Shown here piece after piece: positions 20,249-30,804 of a DNA stretch of 64,000 nt. This DNA is from Aulosira sp. ZfuVER01 (lineage in GTDB: Bacteria; Cyanobacteriota; Cyanobacteriia; Cyanobacteriales; Nostocaceae): NCBI GenBank assembly GCA_034530615.2, contig JAVRCV020000071.1, forward strand, positions 32,001 to 96,000, given 5' to 3'. The notes below the pieces were generated by a model that saw nothing but the letters and a program-made list of their open reading frames with translations, had not been told where the DNA came from and did not search any database. Position numbers and translations under genes: made by a program. How positions within the stretch are numbered: position 1 is the stretch's first letter; the number at the start of each line of letters is the position of its first letter.

Positions 20249-21847
20249 TTACAAACCTACTTGCGCGGGAGTACGACTGCGTTGCACATCATATCCTGCT
20301 GCTACAACCAGCGATCGCCCTGTCATTTCGGATGGCTGAGGTAGTTGTAAAATCTCTAGAATTGTCGGCGCAATGTCGGCTAGCTTGCCATCGCTTCGCA
20401 GTTCGACATTAGTACCATGTCCAGGGATTTTAACTTTCTCGCCTTCCAACAAAATTAAGGGGACTGGGTTGGTGGTGTGGGCTGTCCAAGGATTACCCGC
20501 ATCATCAAGCATATACTCAGCATTACCGTGGTCAGCAGTAATAATTGTTGTCCCGCCAACTTTAGTAATGCTAGCAAGTAGGCGACCCAAACAGCGATCA
20601 ACTTTTTCAATTGCTTCTATCGTAGCTTCTATCTGACCCGTATGCCCTACCATATCTGGGTTAGCATAGTTGATCACAACTAACGAGTAGATACATTTTT
20701 CAATCGCCGCGATCGCAACATTTGTAACTGCTTCTGCTGACATCGCCGGGGCTTTGTCATAGGTGGCTACCATTGGACTGCTTACTAGTTCTCGGTCTTC
20801 CCCCTCAAAAGGTTCTTCTAGACCGCCATTAAAGAAGTAGGTGACGTGGGCGTATTTTTCCGTTTCAGCCGTGCGAAACTGCTTCAAACCGTTATTGGCG
20901 ATTACCTCTCCCAAAATGTTAGTCAGATTCTGCGGCTCAAAGGCTACAGCTACTTTTAATTCTGGATCGTACTGAGTAAAAGTAGCAAAAGAAAGTGGCT
21001 GAATTAGCTGTCTTTCAAATCCTGTAAATTCTGGACTAACAAAAGCTTGAGTTAGTTGTCTAGCGCGGTCAGGGCGGAAGTTGAAAAATATCACTCCATC
21101 CCCTGGTTCTATTGCACCAGAAGCAATGCGTATTGGGTCAATGAACTCGTCTGTCACCCCAGCAGCATAAGATGCTTTTAAGACTTCTACAGCCTGACGA
21201 GTATCAGTCACTCGATCTTGGGTCATCACGTCATAGGCACGTTTGACCCGATCCCAGCGATGATCGCGATCCATCGCGTAGTAGCGACCGCTGAGGGTGA
21301 CTATGCGCCCTACACCTAGGCGATCGATGTATTCTTGCAGATGCCCAATTGCTTTTACACCCTCGGTCGGTGTGGTGTCACGACCATCGGTGATGGCGTG
21401 GATACAAACTTGAGAAATTCGCTGATCCTTAGCTAAGTCAAGTAGTCCGAATAGATGGGTGAGATGGGAATGTACCCCACCCTCTGAACACAGACCTACC
21501 ATGTGAAGCTTGCCATTGCGATCGCGGACTTCCTGGCAAATTTTGACAAGTGCTGGGTTACTCTTGATAGAACCGTCTTCGACAGCATCGGAGATGCGTA
21601 CCAATTCTTGCGGTACTACCCGCCCAGCGCCAATGTTCAAATGACCAACTTCCGAGTTGCCCATTTGACCCTCTGGCAACCCTACGGCTTTTCCTGATGT
21701 GCGGATGAGGGTGTGTGGATAAGCTGCCCATAGACTGTCCATTACAGGAGTCTGAGCATTAACAATAGCGTTTCCTCGCTTCTCCTCGCAGTAGCCCCAT
21801 CCGTCTAAAATGACTAGCACCACAGGAGCAACAGGTGCTTTGGTCAT
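20249..21847 (-). CDS. gpmI: 2,3-BPG-independent phosphoglycerate mutase
   Basis: ILDGWG, GQMGNSEVGH, ITADHGNAE. Confidence 0.96.
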   Translation of the reverse strand: MTKAPVAPVVLVILDGWGYCEEKRGNAIVNAQTPVMDSLWAAYPHTLIRTSGKAVGLPEGQMGNSEVGHLNIGAGRVVPQELVRISDAVEDGSIKSNPALVKICQEVRDRNGKLHMVGLCSEGGVHSHLTHLFGLLDLAKDQRISQVCIHAITDGRDTTPTEGVKAIGHLQEYIDRLGVGRIVTLSGRYYAMDRDHRWDRVKRAYDVMTQDRVTDTRQAVEVLKASYAAGVTDEFIDPIRIASGAIEPGDGVIFFNFRPDRARQLTQAFVSPEFTGFERQLIQPLSFATFTQYDPELKVAVAFEPQNLTNILGEVIANNGLKQFRTAETEKYAHVTYFFNGGLEEPFEGEDRELVSSPMVATYDKAPAMSAEAVTNVAIAAIEKCIYSLVVINYANPDMVGHTGQIEATIEAIEKVDRCLGRLLASITKVGGTTIITADHGNAEYMLDDAGNPWTAHTTNPVPLILLEGEKVKIPGHGTNVELRSDGKLADIAPTILEILQLPQPSEMTGRSLVVAAGYDVQRSRTPAQVGL

Positions 21848-22209
21848 AGTAAAATTGCCCTTTACTTTTTGTAATACCCGAATGATACCACTGCTAATCA
21901 CCGCTGCAAGTGAATTTCTGCTTATTAACTTGTTTTATGAATGATTTCAGTATTTTTTAGATTTTTTTTACTTTTAGTAACTTTTGCATATTTTTTGTGA
22001 TAATTGTGTGGGGCTAATCATCAGTCAAAAAGCTTTTAATCAACATTAGTGTCAGTAATTCTTCGTCAAGGGTACTGATAATTTTTCCATCTTCACTGAC
22101 GAAGTTAATACTTGTATTGGATTGATATCTAGCAACTTATTGAGAAACTATTTGAGCTAGTAGTAGCACTTAAAGATTATATAGATTAATTGACTTACCA
22201 TTCTGAGTG

Positions 22210-22300
22210 TAGTGGCGTGACAAGGCTAAAGTTGTGCATTAGATTTCTAATTGATAGGGCGCTAAAGAACTACGAACATTTTAGTCTTGCCACGCTAGTA
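22210..22300. mobile_element. MITE-like element with imperfect 21-bp terminal inverted repeats
   Basis: TAGTGGCGTGACAAGGCTAAA ... TTTAGTCTTGCCACGCTAGTA; a REP-like hairpin follows at ~22325-22352. Confidence 0.55.
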
Positions 22301-22414
22301 GAATGGCAAGTAATAAAGGGTAATGGTGCGTTACAGCTTCACCTAACACACCATACGACATCAAAGTTTTTGGACTTTATTTAATCCGCTATTTCAGGAG
22401 TACTAAATAAATCC

Positions 22415-24109
22415 TTACTTGCGTTTTGCTGAAGCTTTAGAAGATTTGGCAGCTTTCTTCGCCGCTTTTTCAGCAGCGATTGTCGCTAACCTTGCTTGTT
22501 CTTTTTCTTCGGCAATTTTATCAAGGTAGTAATGATAATCGCCTAAATAAACGCGGAATTCTCCATCACGAATTTCCACGATTTTATTAGCTACCTGTGA
22601 GATAAAATAACGGTCGTGAGAAACGACAATCGCTGTCCCATCATAGTGTTGAAGTGCTTCTTCCAACATTTCTTTAGCTGGAATATCGAGATGGTTTGTC
22701 GGCTCATCTAAAATTAGTAAGTTCGCTGGACGCAAGAGCATTTTTGCTAAAGCTAGACGCGCTTTTTCTCCCCCACTTAATGCGCCAACTGGCTTAAATA
22801 CAGTATCCCCAGTGAATAAAAACCGTCCCAGAAGCGTGCGAACTTCTTCATTTTTCCAGTCAGGAACTTCATCGTGAATAGTTTCCATGACTGTTTTTTT
22901 CAAATCCAAAGCTTCTGCCTGATTCTGTTCAAAGTAACCAGGAATAACGTTGTGATCGCCTAATTTAACGCTACCTTCTGTGGGCGGTTCCATACCCATA
23001 ATCACCCGCAATAGCGTAGATTTGCCTGCACCGTTGGGGCCGAGAAAAGCAATGCGATCGCCTCTTTCAATTAAGAGATTTGCTGCCAAAAATAAGATTT
23101 TATCATCATAGATATGAGTTAAATCTTTAATGCTCACAACCTCTCGTCCGCTACGAGGTGCATCAGGGAAGCGGAAGTGCAAGGTTCTGACTCCAGCTGT
23201 AGGTGCTTCAATGCGCTCAATTTTTTCTAGTTGTTTTTCGCGGCTTTTTGCTTGGGTACTGCGGGTAGCACTGGCGCGAAATCTGTCAACAAATGCTTGC
23301 TGTTTCTCTAATTCTTTCTGCTGGCGTTCGTAAGCACTTAGTTGCGCTGATTGATTTTCGGCTTTTTGTTGCAGGTATGCTGAGTAGTTACCAAGGTAAG
23401 TAGCAGAAACACCGCGTTCAGTTTCGACAATTTGGGTGCAGAGGCGGTCAAGGAATTCCCGGTCATGGGAAACTATGACCATTGGAGTAACCAGACTTCT
23501 TAGGTAATTTTCCAACCACTCAATGGTTTCCAAGTCTAAATGGTTAGTCGGTTCGTCCAGTAGCAATAAATCGGGTTTTTGCAACAGGATTTTACCCAAA
23601 CTCATCCGCATCTGCCAACCACCAGAAAAGGCGCTGACAAGGCGATCGCCATCTTCTGGTTCAAACCCCATTTCTGGTAATATTTTCCCGATGCGTGCTT
23701 CTAAGCCATAGCCATCTAAGGCTTCAAATTGGCGCTGGAAGCGATCCAATTTGTTAATCAATTGATCTAGTTCTTCTGGAGTTGCAGTTTCCATGTCTCT
23801 TGTCACCTGTGCTAGAGACAACTGCACTTGATTAGCTTCTTTGAAGACAGTCCAAAATTCTTCTCTCACAGTGCGACTGGGGTCTACTTCAAACTCTTGG
23901 TTGAGGTAGGCTATATGTAAACTCGCAGGACGAATAATCTCTCCCGCCGTGGGTTCAATTTCTCCAGAGATGATTTTCAGTTGAGTAGATTTACCTGCAC
24001 CGTTCACACCGACTAAGCCGATGCGATCGCCTGGTTTTACTTCCCAGTTGATGTCTTTGAGAACTTCGCCTGTGGGGTAAATTTTACTGATATGTTCTAG
24101 TCGCAGCAT
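22415..24109 (-). CDS. ABC-F family ATPase
   Basis: Two ABC domains (GVNGAGKS, GPNGAGKS), LDEPTNHLD twice, no TMs. Confidence 0.93.
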   Translation of the reverse strand: MLRLEHISKIYPTGEVLKDINWEVKPGDRIGLVGVNGAGKSTQLKIISGEIEPTAGEIIRPASLHIAYLNQEFEVDPSRTVREEFWTVFKEANQVQLSLAQVTRDMETATPEELDQLINKLDRFQRQFEALDGYGLEARIGKILPEMGFEPEDGDRLVSAFSGGWQMRMSLGKILLQKPDLLLLDEPTNHLDLETIEWLENYLRSLVTPMVIVSHDREFLDRLCTQIVETERGVSATYLGNYSAYLQQKAENQSAQLSAYERQQKELEKQQAFVDRFRASATRSTQAKSREKQLEKIERIEAPTAGVRTLHFRFPDAPRSGREVVSIKDLTHIYDDKILFLAANLLIERGDRIAFLGPNGAGKSTLLRVIMGMEPPTEGSVKLGDHNVIPGYFEQNQAEALDLKKTVMETIHDEVPDWKNEEVRTLLGRFLFTGDTVFKPVGALSGGEKARLALAKMLLRPANLLILDEPTNHLDIPAKEMLEEALQHYDGTAIVVSHDRYFISQVANKIVEIRDGEFRVYLGDYHYYLDKIAEEKEQARLATIAAEKAAKKAAKSSKASAKRK

Positions 24110-24322
24110 CAAGTTTCTCTCAGGTAGGGAATGGGTAGTTGGGGGATGAAGTGCTAACGCCGTGTCAATCTTAACAAAATTTAATTAATATTTCGTCAGG
24201 GAAAATTGCTGAATGATAGAAAAATAGTTTGAGATTGTGACGCTGAAGGCTGATTAAGTTATATATACCTAATCAAAGCCACCCATTTCGACCTTGGCTT
24301 ACCCTAGCATTCAATTATGCTG

Positions 24323-25165
24323 CTATTTTTTGCTAGATATGCCTGAATCAGAAGACTGCTGTTGTACTGCTTGCCTGACTTCCTCTACACTCAATTCCAA
24401 AGCATCGGCTATTTGCTCTACAGTCAACCCTGCTGTCAACATTGGTAGTACTGCTTTTAACTTTCCACTGCGCTCACCTTGCTCTATACCTTGTTCTATA
24501 CCTTCTTCTTTGCCTTCCTGAAAAGCTTCCTGATAAAATCTTGTTTGCTTTAACTCGCTTAAGCTAAACATTGCTTCGATTTCCTCCCGACTCATATTAG
24601 GAAATTTGTAAACCAAAATAGTCTCTATTAATTGTAATAATTGCTGCTGTAACTGTGAGTTTATCTCTTGTTTAGTTCTCTCTATCAACTCCCTTGCTTG
24701 GGTGATAGCTGTATCTGCTTCTTCAACTACTAATTTAACGGTCGCTATCCCAATTGGGAGCGTTGCAGTCTCACCTAATTCATTGAGATAAATCCGTCTA
24801 ACTCTTTGACTTACAAAGAATTCACGATAGTGTTTGACATCTCCTGTATCTACAGTCCTGTTTGGGTATAAAACTACAGCACTCCAATCATTTTGTGGTT
24901 TATTCTGACGCAGGTATAAATATATTTCTGTAAATAATCGTGAGTAAATTTCGTCATCTTTCTGAAATTGCACTTCAACGAAGTAAATTGGTCTATCATT
25001 TGTTTGCCTAGGCAGAAATATACCATCAATCCTGAAGGAAGTTTGTTTTATTTCAACTGATGAAAATCTATAATTGTTTGCCTCTTCAGGAGAATTGCCA
25101 ATCAGTTCAAAGAAGATACTGGGTAATTCTTGAAACAGACGATAAAATAAAATGTCAGTTTTCAC
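24323..25165 (-). CDS. Rpn/DUF2887 family PD-(D/E)XK putative nuclease
   Basis: MKTDILFYRLFQ, FRIDG, YFVEVQFQ, EG/EQG C-terminal repeats. Confidence 0.88.
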   Translation of the reverse strand: MKTDILFYRLFQELPSIFFELIGNSPEEANNYRFSSVEIKQTSFRIDGIFLPRQTNDRPIYFVEVQFQKDDEIYSRLFTEIYLYLRQNKPQNDWSAVVLYPNRTVDTGDVKHYREFFVSQRVRRIYLNELGETATLPIGIATVKLVVEEADTAITQARELIERTKQEINSQLQQQLLQLIETILVYKFPNMSREEIEAMFSLSELKQTRFYQEAFQEGKEEGIEQGIEQGERSGKLKAVLPMLTAGLTVEQIADALELSVEEVRQAVQQQSSDSGISSKK

Positions 25166-25180
25166 GCAATTATATATGAG

Positions 25181-25666
25181 TTATTCTTCCAGACCATCTC
25201 GTACTTCTAGTAGTTGCTCTTTTGATAGCCCTAATATTCGTGAAAGTGGAGCTAACAAACTATCATCTATTGGTTCTCCAACATAAATATTATCTAGTTC
25301 AGAAGGAGACACTTTAAATGTATCGCAGAATTTAGTAAACTCCTGACTACTCAAATCTAGTTCTTTTTGCCTTTCTTTTAATAAAAGTGCGATCGCTCTA
25401 GTTCCGTATTTTGGACGTTCACTGATTTTTATATATTTTTTCATTAAATTCTTGACTTGGTTAGCATCACCACCAGTTTTTTTAATTAAATCAGTGCAGG
25501 CTAATCTCAGCGCTTTATTTAAAACTTCTTGCTCATTTAAAAACCTAATAATTTCATCTGCATAGTCTTGTTTAAAAAAACCAGTTAAATTACCTTGATA
25601 ATAAACTGGCACAAAAGGCTCGCCTGATTCTGCTTGCCAATCTGAAGGTTCGTTGTAGATCGACAT
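25181..25666 (-). CDS. Hypothetical protein, possible C-terminal Cro/Xre-like HTH
   Basis: Intact ORF with GAGG RBS; helical C-terminus. Confidence 0.7.
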   Translation of the reverse strand: MSIYNEPSDWQAESGEPFVPVYYQGNLTGFFKQDYADEIIRFLNEQEVLNKALRLACTDLIKKTGGDANQVKNLMKKYIKISERPKYGTRAIALLLKERQKELDLSSQEFTKFCDTFKVSPSELDNIYVGEPIDDSLLAPLSRILGLSKEQLLEVRDGLEE

Positions 25667-25845
25667 AATATGCACCTCTAAAAAATTTAATTTTATAAAA
25701 ATTTACAAACTTTTTCGGATTTTCAGTCACCACTTCTACCATCTTTGATGGAAGTTGTTACTAAGTATTTTTGCTATATTATATTGTTATAAATTAATCA
25801 ATTCAAGTCCCATTAGCTATTTGCTCAGTGGGAATTTCAAATAAA

Positions 25846-25890
25846 AAACCGCTTATGTGTGTTACAAGCAACAGCACAGTAAGCGGTTAT
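25846..25890 (-). terminator. Terminator after prfA
   Basis: AACCGCTTA...TAAGCGGTT stem with T-run on the minus strand. Confidence 0.65.
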
Positions 25891-25912
25891 TCACATTTTA
25901 TAAAAGAGCCGA

Positions 25913-27013
25913 TTAGCTTGTAGCACCAGAAGCCGCTAACTCTGCTAAACGTTCCTGCTGGTCTTGAGAGATACAAGATTGAATAACTGACTCTAAATCA
26001 CCTTCCAACACAGGGTTAAGGGAATAGTTTTGACCCAGACGATGGTCAGTAACGCGGTTGTCTTTATAATTGTAGGTGCGAATTTTTTCTGATCGCGATC
26101 CTGTACCAACTTGCGATCGCCGCATGGAAGTTACAGCTTCTTGTTGTTCGCGCAGCTTCATTTCGTACAGTTTCGCCCGCAAAATTTGCAGCGCCCGTTC
26201 TTTGTTTTGCAACTGGCTACGTTCTTCTGTACAGAAAATACGGATACCAGTGGGTTTGTGGAACAAGTCAGCAGCCGTTTCCACCTTGTTGACGTTTTGT
26301 CCACCAGCACCACCAGAACGAGCTGTGGTCATTTCAATATCCTTCGGGTCAATGTGAATTTCCACATCATCGACCTCTGGCATGATTGCCACTGTAGCTG
26401 TGGAAGTATGAACCCTTCCCCCGGCTTCGGTTGCAGGTACACGCTGTACGCGATGTACTCCAGCTTCAAACTTGAGCTTGCTGTAAACACTCTCACCCTG
26501 AATTTCCAGGATTACTTCTTTAAAACCGCCCATTTCACCTAGTGACTCGCTCACTAGTTTCACTCTCCAACCCTGTCCGTCAGCGTAGCGAGAGTACATC
26601 CGCAGTAAATCACCTGCCCAAATACTCGCTTCATCGCCGCCCGTACCAGCCCGAATTTCCAACATGATGTTTTTATCATCGTTGGGATCGCGGGGTAGCA
26701 ACAATATTTTTAAACGGTTTTCTAAATATTCCAGCTTTTGTTCTAGTTCGTCTACTTCCAGGGCTGCCATTTCTTGCAACTCTGGGTCACTCGCTGATTC
26801 TTTGTAAACCTGACGCGCTCCGATCAAGTCTTCTTGGGCTGCTTTCCAAGTTTCATAGGTATCAACTACCTCTTCCAAAGAAGAACGAGACTTAGCAATT
26901 TGTTGATACTCATCAGGATTGCTAGCGGTATCAGGGTCGCCAAGACGACGAGTTAATTCATTAAAGGTTTGTTCAACGGACTTTAGTTTGTCCAGCAGGT
27001 ATGATTCAGCCAT
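25913..27013 (-). CDS. prfA: Peptide chain release factor 1
   Basis: GGQ motif; RVPATE specificity loop. Confidence 0.97.
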   Translation of the reverse strand: MAESYLLDKLKSVEQTFNELTRRLGDPDTASNPDEYQQIAKSRSSLEEVVDTYETWKAAQEDLIGARQVYKESASDPELQEMAALEVDELEQKLEYLENRLKILLLPRDPNDDKNIMLEIRAGTGGDEASIWAGDLLRMYSRYADGQGWRVKLVSESLGEMGGFKEVILEIQGESVYSKLKFEAGVHRVQRVPATEAGGRVHTSTATVAIMPEVDDVEIHIDPKDIEMTTARSGGAGGQNVNKVETAADLFHKPTGIRIFCTEERSQLQNKERALQILRAKLYEMKLREQQEAVTSMRRSQVGTGSRSEKIRTYNYKDNRVTDHRLGQNYSLNPVLEGDLESVIQSCISQDQQERLAELAASGATS

Positions 27014-27114
27014 GATGAGTGCGATCGCTCCTTAAAATAACAAATTGGCTCGGCAAAAAATGACAATCGACCCAGCTCAATTGCAGGGTCGTCGTTAACA
27101 GCAGAGCCAACCCG

Positions 27115-27354
27115 CTACTTTTTGTCTGTGTCGCCTGAGGTTTGAGTGCTGCTCATACCGTATTTGCGAAGGAAACGCTCTACTCGACCCTCAGTATCAA
27201 TAATCTTCTGGGTTCCGGTGTAAAATGGGTGGTTTCCAGACCAAACATCTACGTGCAGTTCTGGCTTAGTAGAGCCAACAGTCATTACAACTTGACCGTT
27301 ACAGTAAACTTTTGCATCTGGATACCACTTGGGATGAATATCAGATTTAGCCAT
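27115..27354 (-). CDS. rpmE: 50S ribosomal protein L31
   Basis: IHPKWY...HPFYTG. Confidence 0.96.
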   Translation of the reverse strand: MAKSDIHPKWYPDAKVYCNGQVVMTVGSTKPELHVDVWSGNHPFYTGTQKIIDTEGRVERFLRKYGMSSTQTSGDTDKK

Positions 27355-27459
27355 TGTTCCTTTTGTGGTGAATCTATATAAATTATAACTTTCAGATGGA
27401 GTCAAGAATTAGGGTTTAGGGACTCGAGACTAGGTAATCGATGATTAACAATACCCAAT

Positions 27460-27530
27460 GACGACAGTCGCTACCCTTCGGGAACGCCTGACGGCGAACA
27501 AGTCGGCAAAGCCGCCCACAGCGCTGTCTC
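27460..27530 (-). repeat. Nested small dispersed repeat (SDR-like composite)
   Basis: Related composite at 39619-39700; embedded in CCCAATA units. Confidence 0.7.
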
Positions 27531-27546
27531 CCCAATACCCAATTCT

Positions 27547-27966
27547 TTATCGTTTCGAGTACTGAGGTGCTTTCCGAGCTTTGTGCAAACCGTATTTTTT
27601 CCGTTCTTTGGCTCGTGGATCACGAGTTAGGTAGCCTTCTATTTTTAGAGGTGAACGGTTATCGGGATCTAGCTGGCATAAGGCGCGAGCAACTCCCAGG
27701 CGAATAGAATCAGCCTGTCCGGTTAAGCCACCACCTTCGGCTTTCACCAAAATGTCATATTCGTTCTCCAGCCCTAGAGTTTCTAGAGGCCCTTTGATCA
27801 CACCAAGATAGTTGGCGTTGAATTGGAAGTACAAGTTTCCATCTTTACCATTCACAGTCAATTGACCGCTACCGGGAACCAAGCGAACTCTTGCTACTGC
27901 GGACTTACGACGACCAGTACCCCAGTAGACGGCGCGACCACTTGTTGTTTCTGCTACTGCTACCAT
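27547..27966 (-). CDS. rpsI: 30S ribosomal protein S9
   Basis: GTGRRK...QYSKR. Confidence 0.98.
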   Translation of the reverse strand: MVAVAETTSGRAVYWGTGRRKSAVARVRLVPGSGQLTVNGKDGNLYFQFNANYLGVIKGPLETLGLENEYDILVKAEGGGLTGQADSIRLGVARALCQLDPDNRSPLKIEGYLTRDPRAKERKKYGLHKARKAPQYSKR

Positions 27967-28421
27967 TAACTTTCTGCTCCAGGAATTGTATTAACTTTTA
28001 GTTCTTTAGGTTGTTGTGCTGCATGGGGATGAGTTGGGCCAGCATAAACTTTCAGCTTGGTGAACAACTGCTTACCTAGGCTATTTTTGGGTAACATCCC
28101 TTTGACAGCGTGTTCTACAATTCTTTCTGGTAGACGCTGTTGCAGCTTGGCAAAGGTTTCTGTCTTCATTCCACCAGGACGGCCTGAATGGCGACGGTAA
28201 AGCTTTTGAGTACGTTTTTTACCTGTGACTGCTATTTTCTCAGCATTGATCACAATCACAAAATCACCTGTGTCTAGGTGGGGAGTATACTCGGCTTTCT
28301 TTTTGCCTCTCAAAACCATAGCGATTTCACTAGCGAGGCGACCGAGACGTTGGTCTGTGGCATCTACGATGTACCACTCACGCTCAAGCGTTTCTTGAGG
28401 AGGAAGGTATGTTTTAGTCAT
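27966..28421 (-). CDS. rplM: 50S ribosomal protein L13
   Basis: [15 protein letters not shown]. Confidence 0.98.
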   Translation of the reverse strand: MTKTYLPPQETLEREWYIVDATDQRLGRLASEIAMVLRGKKKAEYTPHLDTGDFVIVINAEKIAVTGKKRTQKLYRRHSGRPGGMKTETFAKLQQRLPERIVEHAVKGMLPKNSLGKQLFTKLKVYAGPTHPHAAQQPKELKVNTIPGAES

Positions 28422-28454
28422 TTATCATTTGTCCTTTGTCATTTTTGTCTCTTA

Positions 28455-28494
28455 CAAAGTTCTGATCGGAGGAAATTTCCGCTCAGACTTTGCG
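28455..28494. repeat. 40-nt hairpin dispersed repeat, copy 1
   Basis: CAAAGTTCTGATCGGAGGAAATTTCCGCTCAGACTTTGCG; near-identical copy at 36754. Confidence 0.8.
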
Positions 28495-28506
28495 CTTTGT
28501 CAGTTG

Positions 28507-29391
28507 TCAGTTGTCATTTGTCATTAGACTATTGCCTATTAAATCTTGACTTTTGACCATTGACTCTTGACTAAAAACGAATTTTGGCAGATTTTCATAC
28601 CAAACATCTGGGGAAAAGGGGAAATCTGGATAGCCGACTCGCAACAAGCACAAGCCTTGGGCAGGTGCGGCATATTTCACTTCTTCCCGCTGTTCTGATT
28701 TCCACAGTTCAGTAAAGTTAGCCAGAGTGCGCTTTCCAGTACCTACTTGTACCAGCATCCCTACCAACAGCCTTACCATCCCATACAAAAATCCATCTGC
28801 CTGGATTTCAATATGAAGTAATGGCCCGTTGCGATGACACTCTGCTGCTTGTACTTCTACCCAAGAATGCGATCGCTTTGAGCCTGCACGGTGAAAAGCA
28901 GCCAAATGATGCTTTCCCAGCAGGGGGTTTAGGGCAGCTTTGATTAAGGATTCATCTAGGGGTGCATAATAATAATGCCAACTGAAGGGTCTGACGAACA
29001 AGTTCGGTTGATCTTCAGTGTATATCGTGTAGCGATAGCGTCGATAGGCTGCACTAAAGCGAGCGTGCCAACGATTACCTACACCTGCTGAAGCCCTGAT
29101 TAAAATATCATGAGGCAAATAGCTATTAAGGATGGCTGCCCATTTATGAGGTGGAATCAAACCTGTGGCTTCAAAATGGGCTACTTGGGCTGCGGCATGA
29201 ACTCCCGCATCGGTTCTGCCTGCACCATGTAGTGTCACATGATACCCAAGAATTTTAGCGATCGCTATTTCTATCTCTTCTTGAACTGTACGCTGCTGCT
29301 TTTGCCTTTGCCAGCCATGAAAATGAGTGCCCAGGTATTGGATTACCAGGGCTACTCTGTGAGTTCCTGTTGGCTGGTGGCTTTCTAACAT
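28507..29391 (-). CDS. truA: tRNA pseudouridine(38-40) synthase
   Basis: GRTDAGVHA, FLYGMVR. Confidence 0.95.
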   Translation of the reverse strand: MLESHQPTGTHRVALVIQYLGTHFHGWQRQKQQRTVQEEIEIAIAKILGYHVTLHGAGRTDAGVHAAAQVAHFEATGLIPPHKWAAILNSYLPHDILIRASAGVGNRWHARFSAAYRRYRYTIYTEDQPNLFVRPFSWHYYYAPLDESLIKAALNPLLGKHHLAAFHRAGSKRSHSWVEVQAAECHRNGPLLHIEIQADGFLYGMVRLLVGMLVQVGTGKRTLANFTELWKSEQREEVKYAAPAQGLCLLRVGYPDFPFSPDVWYENLPKFVFSQESMVKSQDLIGNSLMTNDN

Positions 29392-29472
29392 ACAGATTTT
29401 GTTCTTTGTCATTTGTCTTGTGTCATTTGTCTTTTGTCTTTTGCAAATGACTAATGACCAATGACTAATGAC

Positions 29473-29823
29473 TTAAACTAGTTCAATAATGGCCATCTCA
29501 GCATTATCGCCCTTACGAGGAACTGTATGCAGGATGCGGGTATAACCGCCTTGACGGTTAGCATATCGAGTGGGAGCTTGCTCAAACAGAGCATGGACTA
29601 GTTGTTTATCGTAGATATAGCCTAGAGCTTGGCGACGTGCTGCTAAGGAGCCGTCTTTAGCTAAGGTAATCATTTTATCTACTTCAGAGCGTAGTACTTT
29701 AGCTCGAATTAAAGTAGTAGTAATCCGTCCATGACGAACTAGCTCAGTAGTCAGCGCACGCAACAAAGCACGACGCTGGTCTGCTGGTTTACCAAGTTTT
29801 TTGACCCGACAACGGTGACGCAT
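29473..29823 (-). CDS. rplQ: 50S ribosomal protein L17
   Basis: MRHR, GGYTRI. Confidence 0.98.
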   Translation of the reverse strand: MRHRCRVKKLGKPADQRRALLRALTTELVRHGRITTTLIRAKVLRSEVDKMITLAKDGSLAARRQALGYIYDKQLVHALFEQAPTRYANRQGGYTRILHTVPRKGDNAEMAIIELV

Positions 29824-29856
29824 AATAATGCACTATCAATTACTAACGGTTTTGAC

Positions 29857-30804
29857 TTAGCTGTGTTTAGAGCTTCTTTCTTGGGGCAGGGTAATGCCTA
29901 AGCGTCGTTGTAAAGCTTCAACTACTTCTTCCGCTGACTTCTGACCAAAGTTTTTAATTTCTAACAGGTCTTCTTGGGTATAATCCAACAAGTCGGCTAC
30001 AGAGTTAACTTGTGCTCGCTTGAGACAGTTATATGCCCGTACAGAAAGCTGCAACTCTTCGATCGGAATTTGGGCGGTGGGATCGTCTGGAATATCTGAA
30101 CCTGTATCGGTGGGTTCTAGTGAAATATCTTTCAATGGGTTAAATAAATCTACCAGAATCCCCGCAGCAGATGATAGTGCTTCTTGGGGGGATACACTAC
30201 CATTTGTCCAAACTTCCAATAGCAATCGGTCTTTAGTGATTGAGCCATCCCCACGGGCTTCTTCGACACTATAGTTGACCTTTCGTACTGGCATAAACAC
30301 CGAGTCGATTTGCAGAAAGTCCAAAGACGTGGCTTCTTCCCTTCCTCGTTCTACGGTGCGATAACCTTTACCTTTTTCGATCCTAAATTCCATTTCTAGC
30401 TTGCCGCCTTCAGCTAAGGTGGCTACATATTGGGTCGGATCGATGACTTCTACTTCACTTGGCAAATCAAAATGTGCCGCAGTGACTACGGTGGGACCGT
30501 TCACAAGTAGTCGCCCAATTTGAGGTTGAGAAGAGTAGCTTTTGAGAATAACTTCCTTCATTCTCATCAAGATTTCCAGCACGTCTTCCCGCACGCCTGG
30601 GACTGTGGCAAACTCGTGTGAAACGCCTGCAATCCGCACTGCTGTAACTGCTGTTCCCTCTAGGTTGGACAGTAAAACGCGCCTTAAGGCGTTGCCAACT
30701 GTCGTTCCTTGACCGCGTTCTAGAGGTTCCAAGACAAATTTACTGTAATGGCTTCGACTTTCCTCAGTAGTAGACTCTACACATTCAATTTGAAACTGCG
30801 CCAC
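29857..30804 (-). CDS. rpoA: RNA polymerase alpha subunit
   Basis: PLERGQGTTVGNALRR; CTD LSVRAYNCLKR. Confidence 0.98.
   Translation of the reverse strand: MAQFQIECVESTTEESRSHYSKFVLEPLERGQGTTVGNALRRVLLSNLEGTAVTAVRIAGVSHEFATVPGVREDVLEILMRMKEVILKSYSSQPQIGRLLVNGPTVVTAAHFDLPSEVEVIDPTQYVATLAEGGKLEMEFRIEKGKGYRTVERGREEATSLDFLQIDSVFMPVRKVNYSVEEARGDGSITKDRLLLEVWTNGSVSPQEALSSAAGILVDLFNPLKDISLEPTDTGSDIPDDPTAQIPIEELQLSVRAYNCLKRAQVNSVADLLDYTQEDLLEIKNFGQKSAEEVVEALQRRLGITLPQERSSKHS

Noticed and set aside
22190..22384. 64-aa ORF
   Set aside because: Overlaps MITE/REP-like repeats; no protein-like features.
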